Origin: Antedon mediterranea
Lineage: Eukaryota > Animalia > Echinodermata
Assembly: GCF_964355755.1 (NCBI RefSeq)
Contig: NC_092672.1
Location: 38,074,437 to 38,138,436 of the forward strand
Length of the DNA stretch: 64,000 nucleotides
Reading direction: 5' to 3'
Made by a program: the position numbers and the translations under genes. How positions within the stretch are numbered: the stretch's first letter is position 1; each line of letters begins with the position of its first letter. The notes beneath the pieces were generated by a model, which was given only the letters and a program-made list of their open reading frames with translations, had not been told where the DNA came from and did no database searches. Shown piece by piece: positions 14,301-26,300 of this stretch.

Positions 14301-17300
14301 TATGCCACGTTCACTTCAAACTTTCTCAACTCTTTGCATATATCGCACACTAGAGAGGTCTGGTCAGAAGATATCCATAGATGGTTTCTTCTTCTTGTTT
14401 GTTTTTTGCTTTTGCTTTGTTTTGTTTTTTTCCATTATTTTGCGTGTGTAGGCCTACACTTGTAGGCCTACACTTGTTTGGTTATTTTTGTTTTAGTATC
14501 TAGGTTATATTAATATAATAATAACTAGAAAGCCACTCCGAGAGTGCATACAATGATCCAGAAAATACTGAGTTGACCGTGTATACGTGTATATATTTAT
14601 TGTAATTTCTTGTCTGGTTGGTTTTTTAGGTGATTCGCCCACATTGTATCTGATACAGGTTTGGAGTATATCATTTACAATTGGCTGGTCAGTAGAGATT
14701 GATGTTGATTGGTTTAAATTTCAATATCGTAATCATTCTGACGCAGCGATCAGCAGCACTGATTGGATAGATGGGTCGGTTGTTAGCGGAGACCTGTTCA
14801 TCTACGTTGTACTAGATTTGACCGAAAATACCACGTATGACGTCAGATTAGAAATGCAAAGGACTGTCAGCCAAACTACAGGGGTTAGTGACGTCATGGT
14901 TGTTCAGACATGTGCTAATGGATTTGGATCGTTGAATTGCAGCATGGGTAGGCATACGCTTGATTATTATTACAATGTGTATATTTCTTGTATAAATGTA
15001 TCTTTAATAAGCTTTTTGGGCTATCCTTGAAAATATTTTATAAATGTATTTATTTGTAATGTCACTAATTTATGTATTTTTTATGATGATTTTTCTAATA
15101 AATTCAAATCAAATTTACATTAATTGTTATTTTATATTTATTATTTTGATTGATAGTTTTAATACTAATGAATATTATGTATTGATTCTTCTAGATGAAA
15201 GTGATGGAATATATGATTTAGTCATCTCGTTATCAACACCGACGTCATTATCCGTGACGTGGAAATCGGACGTAAATGCGTCGTTAACACAAATCCAGTA
15301 CAGAGAATATGGTGATGATGCGTGGATTGTGGGAAGGAATTTGCTGGGTAGTGATCAGGAATATGGTGTTATATCGCCTCTTCTTGGTCATCGTTACTAT
15401 GAAGTTGTTGTAAGTGTCACCGTTGGTGGCGTTACGTCTAGAAGTCTTATTACCCGTTTTCATACGTGTGAACCAGATTGGCAAGGTGCCAACTGCGAAA
15501 CACGTACGTACAAAGTTTTTTTGACAACCTTAAACTTTTTAATTTTTAAAAACTCTTTAATAACTCTTTAAACAAAGAGTTTTACACTACCTTTTATAAA
15601 CAATAAAATTGATAACATTTATCAGCTGTTGCTTTTACGGATTTTTTCGAAAGCTTTTCCAACTTTCGTAACTCTTTGATTGAAAAAAAAAACGTTCGGC
15701 GTGTTTCCAAAATGTATAATTGATAACATGTTTTAATCTTGTTATGGCATTTTAGCTTTTATGAAACATCTTATTGTTAGTAAATTTTAAAGTCAATAAT
15801 TATAAAATCATTTGAACATATTTTAACATAATTTGTGCAATAAAATAAATTATTGTATACTAATTAAAAGACGTTTACTATATAATTTCAATATAAAATT
15901 TAATGACAGAAAGAGAGATCGACGTTTCGGTACCATCATAGAACCATTTTCACTTGATCTTGAAAATGGTTCTATGATGGTACCGAAACGTCGATCTCTC
16001 TTTTCGTCATTACATTTTATATTGATATTGTATACTAATTGACAATATTGTAGTATATATTAAGAAATAACAATTTAAACAAATTAAATCCTAGGACTTG
16101 GAAGATGTACAGTATGGGGAGATCCACATTACTACACATTTGATGGTAGACGCTACGATTACCAAGGCGATTGTGATTACACCCTGACAACACCATGTCC
16201 AGACGTCGATGGCGTTGATGACTTCTCAGTCGTTAGCAGAAACTACAAGCGATCACCTTCTGCCTCCGTAGCGTACGTCAACGAAGTTGTTGTGACGATC
16301 GGAAGTGACGTAAGTATAGTGAAATACAAGTTACATGTAAACTCAAGTGCGCATACGTAAGTGTGAAACTTTTGAACGATAATGGATGGATGAATCTTGA
16401 AAGTATATTTAACGGTATGAAACGAATCGATTCATATATGGATTACTTTTTAATAAGGGCTTAATATAACAAGTTATCCAAATCTTTCACATCAAGGAAA
16501 ATCTTCTTTAGCCCTAGATACTCAATGTTTTGGTTCGCACTACTTTGTTTTATAATTTTCTAACGTTCGGTTTTTTCCAGGTATTTATTTTAGCAAACGC
16601 TGGAGTTGTCACTTACAATGATATTGCCATTACTCTACCCTATGAGAGTTCTAGTGTATTCGTCATCAACTCCGGTATTTACACAGTAAGTGATGTTTTT
16701 ATTTTAAATGTTTATTGTAAGTACGGGGCGCTGTTCTGGATATTACTAATTGTATTATGTTGACACAATTAGTAATATCTCGAACGGCGCCTTGTAGTTA
16801 AGGGAGTATCGTATATGAACATTAAACGAACAAGTTTGACAATTCGAAATAATAGTTTGATTGTGTTGTTTAATATAGTAGAACCCAGTAAAGGGAGACA
16901 TTGAGGAAACAATGGTCCTCTTATTCAGTATGGTAAATAGATTGGTCGTTGGTCGTAGTATGTACCCCCTCCCCACACCAGAAGTATCTCACAGTTGTTG
17001 TTATACAGTATTTAGTAATATGTATTCAAGATAATTGTAATACGATAATTTAAATTCGTTAGATTTTGATGACGAACTTCAACCTAGTGTTGCGTTGGGA
17101 TGGTTTTCAATCCGTTGAGGTATTGTTAGATGATAGACTGACTGGTACAGTATGCGGTCTCTGTGGGAACTTTGATGACAACCCGGATAACGACTACAGA
17201 ATGCCGAATGGAGAACTGGTAAGTAATAATGTTACATTTATTGTAATTGCATAATTTGGATGGAATCTTATTGTATTTGCTGTTGTTTATTAAAATCGTA

Positions 17301-20300
17301 GGTAGATCTTTACATGCGTACTACTCAACTTTTTTTTAACTACTAATATTAAAGTATCACACACTGGATACACAATACTTTTATGAGTGTAATCGTGGTA
17401 GAGACAGTAGGTAGATTTGAGAATTTGTTGTAATACCACCCATCTTCAAGTAAAGTAGCCTATAAAAATAATGGCAAACATATGGTACGTTTAGCTTTCG
17501 TAAATTTAAGCGTGGTTCTCCTTCCCACTTAGCGACGGGATGCAAGGACGAATAATCGTTTGTGATTGGGTTAAATCATTTCCGTTGCGCTTCACGTCAC
17601 CGCGTTGCACCCCAAAGCTTTATTATTACTTGACAGTGAACATTTTTATTTCAAAAGTTTGATTAGCAATAACTGATAATCGATCCGTTTTGTACAGCGT
17701 TATTTTTCTATACTATTTTATGTATAACATTAACAAATATGGCCATTCATGCAGCATTCCTTGCGTTAAGATACGTCACGTTTTAATTGTAGACTCCGTA
17801 TACCAATGTGTTTGCCGAGAGCTGGATAGTAACAAATGACGGAACATGTCCAACTGGTGTCTTAGATCTTGATCCATGTGCTACTGCTTCAAATAGAAAT
17901 ACCGCTGAAGCCAAGTGTAGTATTCTAACAAGCGATACTGGTAAGTTTAGTCATAATACTTATCTTTTGTAAAAAGAAAAACCTTTTTTTATTTTAATAA
18001 AGCAGTATTATTAAGATAGACGAAGAGGGAGGGAAAAGAGGTTGAAATTTCGAAATATCAAAATCAAATGTAGTAATTGTAATTGTATAACGCTGTTAAG
18101 CTGCATGTCCTTGATGTAAAATTTCCCATTAGTTAACACAGAGATAACATTAATAAATACAATTTTACACTGTTAAATCACAGGTGCGTTTGCAACTTGT
18201 AATGCTGTGTTGGATCCTGAGTTTTACTACGAGTCATGTACCTACGATATTTGCGCCACAATGGACGACTCTCTACTTTGTTCGATGCTGGCTGTTTACG
18301 CACAAGAATGTAAAGATGCAGGATTGGAGCTTGGTGATTGGCGGCAAGAATCTTCATGTGGTACGTTTTTTTTTTCATTTTAAAGTTTTTACATATATTT
18401 TGCTTTTAGTAAAAGTCAGACTAGTTTTTGTTTATTTTCCTGCCTTTATTCATCAACTTTTGGTTGTAAGTTTGCAATTGGTTTTGTAAATAGGGGTATA
18501 CATTGTATTAATGTTTTAGTTTAGAAACATTGAATGAATAAAGGAGGTGCTAAACCAGAAAAGATATTGTTGGTAGTCGGCTAAGTATGTACTATTGGGT
18601 AAAGCTCTGTCTACACTATCAAAATATGGTGGTGATATGACATCATCATGACTACATATGGGCACATCATTTTTTCGTTGCATACAGTTTGATAGTGTAA
18701 ACTTAACATAATCATCTGGTACAATGATCTCAATCTTGCTCAGCAAGTTTCAAGCGATACCAAATAAGAATTCCACAAAACCAGGCCTACACAATTTGTG
18801 GAATGTTTCCAATTGAATAATAGATTAGGACAATTTTTTTCTCGTTCACAGAATTTGATTGCTCAGCAGGAAAAGTTCACAATCCATGCGGCAATCCCTG
18901 TCCATTGACATGTGCTACGCGTAACAAGGCAGAAAGAGAATGTCCATTTACTTGTATTGACACCTGTGATTGTCCAGCCGGTACCGTATTGGATGGCGAC
19001 GAATGTGTAGATGAGTCTCAATGCGGCTGCCTCATGGAGGGTATTGGTATCTACTATAAGGTATACACTTACAACTTCATTCCCAAAGATGTGTAATAAG
19101 ACTTTATGTAGAGCATCTTCTGTATATGTTTGTCCTGTAAACAGGATTACCACCTTTAAGCAGGATAGTGAATGAATTCACTTATGGTTATCTTGGCAAT
19201 TTGCTTAAATATATAAACAAATCAAAAGTTTGTTTCCAAATATTGTGTTATTTTTTATGAACATATTATCAGTGAAAGCGAGCACATATCTCAACAAATA
19301 ATGAACAACAAACATTTGACAGACAAACTCGAAAGCTCAGCTCCCTATTGTCAAGTAATAAAGAAATCTGTAAATTTGTAGAAGAACATTACTAATTGTA
19401 ATATTATTACTAAAAATAATAATAATAAATTATTGTCTTTACTACTAGCAAGGAGAAACGTACGTAACAGAAGACTGTAGCATGAGATGTACGTGTGGTG
19501 GTAACGGTGTTAATACGTGTGAAGAGTACATGTGCGGGAATTATGCATCTTGTCGAATACAAAATGGTGTTAGAGATTGCTACTGTAACAATGGCTTTAG
19601 TGGCGATGGAACCGTTTGTACCAAAGGTATGTACTCTGTATTTTAAGTTAAATTTACTGAAAAGTTAATAAAAAAATTCCTATTATATTATATATTATTA
19701 GCAACAATGCTTGGTTTATTAAAGTTTCATCAGATTTCATTTTGAAGTAAATCTTTACTTCAATTTATATGATATTTGACATTTTGCTTGTCTCACAAAA
19801 AAGACGAACAGATTAATGTATGTATTAAAACATATTTTTTTAAATTATTTATCAGCATCTGGGCTATGTACTGTATGGGGCGATCCTCACTACATAACAT
19901 TCGATGGACAGAAATACGATTTCCAGGGAGAGTGTGAATACACGTTAGTGAAGGATTGCATTGACGTCATCAACAAACCATCATTTGAAGTAACCGGCGT
20001 TAATGCCAAACGTGTACCGTCAGCTAGTGTTGCGTTTTTACAACGAGTGATATTTTATTACATGAATCATATATACACACTTAAGAAGAATAGAGTTGTA
20101 CTGCTGGATGACGTCTTACTGGTAACACCTTATGACCTAGATGGCGTTAGTATTGTAGATAATGGAGTCAACCTGGTATGTATGAAAACTTTTTTAACTT
20201 CTCGGCACTGTTAGGTTTATTTAGCCACTATCATAGATACATTCATTCATTCATTCAGGCTTATCGCCTGACTTTATTTACTTTAGGCCTCTGGCCATGT

Positions 20301-23300
20301 GCGTCATATGTGAATGTTGTAACATAATTAATGTTAAGGTTATGTTGAATACAGCATCACACGAGAATTTGTTCATGGTGTGACAATGTATCACGGGATT
20401 CATGATACTTTATAAATTGAATTGAAATAAAATAAAGATTAAAATTAAACAAAGGCCTAGACAATATTGCAGAGGTACGTCACAATACCTGTTTTCTTAT
20501 GTAAATGTGTATTCTATTGCCTTTTGTCGCCCAGGTTTTATGGACTGATTTCGGGCTTTCAATTCGCTGGAATGGAGAGAACCGTGTCGAAATACGTGTT
20601 TCTTTCGAGTTTGGCAATAACACATGTGGGTTGTGTGGTGACTTTGATGGAACACGTACAGATCTACAGATAAGATCCGATGGGGTTCAAGTAAGTACTT
20701 ACTTACTTAAGTATGTATTTTTAGGCTATAGTGAATAAATAAACATAGGTTTTTATAGATAGATTGAATATTATTATTTTAATTTAGCAGTATTATTTAA
20801 TGATCAAACATGCAGTATATAACTCTATCTATTAGCTAAGCTATATCTTTGAAAATGGAATTGACAATTTGAAAGTATCTGTTGTTCTGTTGATTAAAAA
20901 AATATATATATTTACAGTCGAGAAGTACAGCAGATTTTGCTAACAGTTGGTTGTCAACTACCAACGAAGATTGTGGAGCTCTAGATGTGGATCCATGTGA
21001 CGAGTCCTCTGACACCTACCGCACCTCTGTTGACGAGTGCAACGTGCTGACGTCACCAGTCGGCGTGTTTGCGCCTTGCCATACTCTTGTTGATCCCACT
21101 GTTTATTTTGAAGGCTGCGTTTACGATCTCTGTGCCTCGCTCCCGGATGATACCACACTATGTGATAGCTTAGAAACTTATGCACAGGCCTGTTCGTTCA
21201 TGGGAATCCAGCTGGGAAACTGGAGAAATACTCTCGATAAATGCCGTAAGACACCATTTGTCTAGTTTGTAATGACTAAGATACTTCTTATTTACGAAGT
21301 TACTGATTTTATTTTTATTTTGTCCAATATGGATCTATCAAAACATAACATTACAGAATTAACAACGTTAACATTACAATGAAAACTATAGAATCCATAA
21401 AACAATATTGAATATTGGAATTTTAGATAAACTGAATCTAAAATTGAAAATAAATTGGACATAATATTGTTTAACTTTCAATGCATTTAATACCCCGTTT
21501 CTTTGTCTGATAATGCCTTTTAACAAACAATGAACTATTGACAAACAATGAACAATGAACTATTTTTAATTAAAGCATTCCAATGTGAAGATGATAAGAT
21601 ATACAATGCATGTGGAACAAGCTGTCCTGCCACTTGTCTCAACTTACCGACTGAATGTCCAGTGATGTGTGAAGAAGTTTGCGAATGTCCAGAAAACACA
21701 GTTTTAGACAATGGCCAGTGTATATCCCCAAGTGAATGTGGATGTACGTCGTCGTCTGGTTTGTACTATCAGGTACAGTATAAAAACGATTAAAAAAAAT
21801 GCGGTGACTACTTTAAAACTCTCTTTTCCACTAGGCGAATTTATTCGCGCGAATCGAAAGAATTGACTAAAGCGTATTTGCATTTCATCTACTTTCTGCG
21901 TGCGAACAATATTTCAACCAATCAGAACTTAGGAATGTTCGATTCGCGCGAAAATATTCGGTAATGGAAAACAGGCTTTAGGCGCTCATTAGTGATCTCA
22001 CTATAGAGCTGTCGATTTCCGACAGTCACAGTTTCGGTACCAATTGTGGCACTCGCGTACACATCTCTTTAAATTCACAGATTGGTCAACAATGGATCGA
22101 CAATATTTGTAAACAGACTTGCACCTGTAATGGAGGTGTGGTAATTTGCAACGAATACAGCTGTGATTCAAATGCCGAATGTTCTGTAAGAAATGGTGTT
22201 CGTGGATGTTACTGTCAAGCTGGGTTTGAAGGAGATGGCCAGACGTGCACCAGAGGTAAAAATATTTAAACATGAATACTACAATCGAAATTCTAGAGAT
22301 TCTACAAAACCACCCATTTACTATTCTGTTTAAAATCAAAATTCCAGGTCCTGGTTATTGTACCGTTTGGGGAGATCCTCATTACATCACATTCGACAAG
22401 GCCAGGTATGACTTCCAAGGTGAATGTGAATACATAGTGGTAGACAAATGTGACAATAGAACAGATATTGAGGATTTCACAATTAGTGGAATAAATAGGA
22501 AAAACCAACCGTCAGCAGGAGTGTCTTTGATGCGAGAAGTTACATTACATTACAAACAACACAAATACAATCTTGGACAAGATGGTCAGATTGCCTATGA
22601 TGGAGTTACAATAACACCTCCACTCTTAACATCAGACGGTGTTTACATCACCATCAGTGGACAGTACACTGTAAGTATATAAAGTAAACTGTAATAGCAA
22701 TTTCTTAAAACATTTGCAGTATTCAAATACGCAATTATTTATTCAACGTTTTCTTTAAATATGTAGATATTGTTGACAAACTTTTCGTTGGTTCTACGAT
22801 GGGATAATAAACATACTCTAGAAACAGAACTGCCTTTTGACTACATGAACTCGGTGTGTGGCTTATGCGGTGACTTTAATGGCGAAGCCAACAATGATAT
22901 TTCTTTCAAGTCAGATGGTTCAAATGTAAGTTTTGTTAGGTTATTCAAAGTAGCATTACTTGTCTGGTGCAGATATAAATATTAGCGTATATTAGGTTTT
23001 GTTTATTGCGATTTTGAGTTTCATTACATTTTATTTCAGGCAAGAAGTGCTTCGGATTTTGGAAACAGTTGGAAATTCGAATCACAAGAATGCGAAGATG
23101 TCGTCGACGTGGAGCCTTGTCAAGAAGGCACAGAAACACTAGAACAAGCCAGAGATTTGTGTTACACTTTGATATCAGAAGATAGCGCTCTTTCTTCGTG
23201 TCACGACTTTGTTGATCCTGCAGATTATTATGACGGCTGTGTTTATGACTTGTGTGCAACACTGCCTAATGACGATCTTCTATGTGATGATATATCAGAA

Positions 23301-26300
23301 TATGCCCAAGCTTGTCGACAACGTGGTGGAGAACCCGGTGATTGGAGAACAGCAACATCAACATGCCGTACGTAATGAACTAATCTATTAATTTAGCATT
23401 TGATGTACCTGTTAACACCAAGATACGTTACCGGTATTATATTCTTTTTTTTACAGCAATTACGTGTGATGGCAATAAAGTATATAATCATTGTGCAACT
23501 TCTTGTCCTGCAACGTGTGCGTCAATGGAGGGAATGGTAGATTGCCCAAATACATGTGTTGAAGCCTGTGAATGTCCAAGTGGCACCGTGCTTGATGGTA
23601 ACACGTGTGTTCAGCCGTATCAATGCGGTTGTATTTTGGATGGAGTTTATTATAAGGTACATATATTTGTTTAGACTATTATTAAAGAGAGGGGGAAAGA
23701 TCACTAAACACATTTCAAACAATTATTAGATACTTAAACTAGATTAGTTACGTATCTGTCTATTTCCACAGTCTGGTCAACAATGGATCGACAGTACTTG
23801 TAAACAGACTTGCACCTGTAATGGAGGTGTGGTAATTTGCAACGAATACAGCTGTGATTCAAATGCCGAATGTTCTGTAAGAAATGGTGTTCGTGGATGT
23901 TACTGTCAAGCTGGGTTTGAAGGAGATGGCCAGACGTGCACCAGAGGTAAAAATATTTAAACATGAATACTACAATCGAAATTCTAGAGATTCTACAAAA
24001 CCACCCATTTACTATTCTGTTTAAAATCAAAATTCCAGGTCCTGGTTATTGTACCGTTTGGGGAGATCCTCATTACATCACATTCGACAAGGCCAGGTAT
24101 GACTTCCAAGGTGAATGTGAATACACAGTGGTAGACAAATGTGACAATAGAACAGATATTGAGGATTTCACAATTAGTGGAATAAATAGGAAAAACCAAC
24201 CGTCAGCAGGAGTGTCTTTGATGCGAGAAGTTACATTACATTACAAACAACACAAATACAATCTTGGACAAGATGGTCAGATTGCCTATGATGGAGTTAC
24301 AATAACACCTCCACTCTTAACATCAGACGGTGTTTACATCACCATCAGTGGACAGTACACTGTAAGTATATAAAGTAAACTGTAATAGCAATTTCTTAAA
24401 ACATTTGCAGTATTCAAATACGCAATTATTTATTCAACGTTTTCTTTAAATATGTAGATATTGTTGACAAACTTTTCGTTGGTTCTACGATGGGATAATA
24501 AACATACTCTAGAAACAGAACTGCCTTTTGACTACATGAACTCGGTGTGTGGCTTATGCGGTGACTTTAATGGCGAAGCCAACAATGATATTTCTTTCAA
24601 GTCAGATGGTTCAAATGTAAGTTTTGTTAGGTTATTCAAAGTAGCATTACTTGTCTGGTGCAGATATAAATATTAGCGTATATTAGGTTTTGTTTATTGC
24701 GATTTTGAGTTTCATTACATTTTATTTCAGGCAAGAAGTGCTTCGGATTTTGGAAACAGTTGGAAATTCGAATCACAAGAATGCGAAGATGTCGTCGACG
24801 TGGAGCCTTGTCAAGAAGGCACAGAAACACTAGAACAAGCCAGAGATTTGTGTTACACTTTGATATCAGAAGATAGCGCTCTTTCTTCGTGTCACGACTT
24901 TGTTGATCCTGCAGATTATTATGACGGCTGTGTTTATGACTTGTGTGCAACACTGCCTAATGACGATCTTCTATGTGATGATATATCAGAATATGCCCAA
25001 GCTTGTCGACAACGTGGTGGAGAACCCGGTGATTGGAGAACAGCAACATCAACATGCCGTACGTAATGAACTAATCTATTAATTTAGCATTTGATGTACC
25101 TGTTAACACCAAGATACGTTACCGGTATTATATTCTTTTTTTTACAGCAATTACGTGTGATGGCAATAAAGTATATAATCATTGTGCAACTTCTTGTCCT
25201 GCAACGTGTGCGTCAATGGAGGGAATGGTAGATTGCCCAAATACATGTGTTGAAGCCTGTGAATGTCCAAGTGGCACCGTGCTTGATGGTAACACGTGTG
25301 TTCAGCCGTATCAATGCGGTTGTATTTTGGATGGAGTTTATTATAAGGTACATATATTTGTTTAGACTATTATTAAAGAGAGGGGGAAAGATCACTAAAC
25401 ACATTTCAAACAATTATTAGATACTTAAACTAGATTAGTTACGTATCTGTCTATTTCCACAGTCTGGTCAACAATGGATCGACAATACTTGTAAACAGAC
25501 TTGCACCTGTAATGGAGGTGTGGTAATTTGCAACGAATACAGCTGTGATTCAAATGCCGAATGTTCTGTAAGAAATGGTGTTCGTGGATGTTACTGTCAA
25601 GCTGGGTTTGAAGGAGATGGCCAGACGTGCACCAGAGGTAAAAATATTTAAACATGAATACTACAATCGAAATTCTAGAGATTCTACAAAACCACCCATT
25701 TACTATTCTGTTTAAAATCAAAATTCCAGGTCCTGGTTATTGTACCGTTTGGGGAGATCCTCATTACATCACATTCGACAAGGCCAGGTATGACTTCCAA
25801 GGTGAATGTGAATACACAGTGGTAGACAAATGTGACAATAGAACAGATATTGAGGATTTCACAATTAGTGGAATAAATAGGAAAAACCAACCGTCAGCAG
25901 GAGTGTCTTTGATGCGAGAAGTTACATTACATTACAAACAACACAAATACAATCTTGGACAAGATGGTCAGATTGCCTATGATGGAGTTACAATAACACC
26001 TCCACTCTTAACATCAGACGGTGTTTACATCACCATCAGTGGACAGTACACTGTAAGTATATAAAGTAAACTGTAATAGCAATTTCTTAAAACATTTGCA
26101 GTATTCAAATACGCAATTATTTATTCAACGTTTTCTTTAAATATGTAGATATTGTTGACAAACTTTTCGTTGGTTCTACGATGGGATAATAAACATACTC
26201 TAGAAACAGAACTGCCTTTTGACTACATGAACTCGGTGTGTGGCTTATGCGGTGACTTTAATGGCGAAGCCAACAATGATATTTCTTTCAAGTCAGATGG

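Noticed and set aside
22272-22347. ORF-track N-terminal extension [25 protein letters not shown]
   Set aside because: This is intron sequence between a GT donor (22256) and an AG acceptor (22346-47) that happens to be open; it varies by indels among units.
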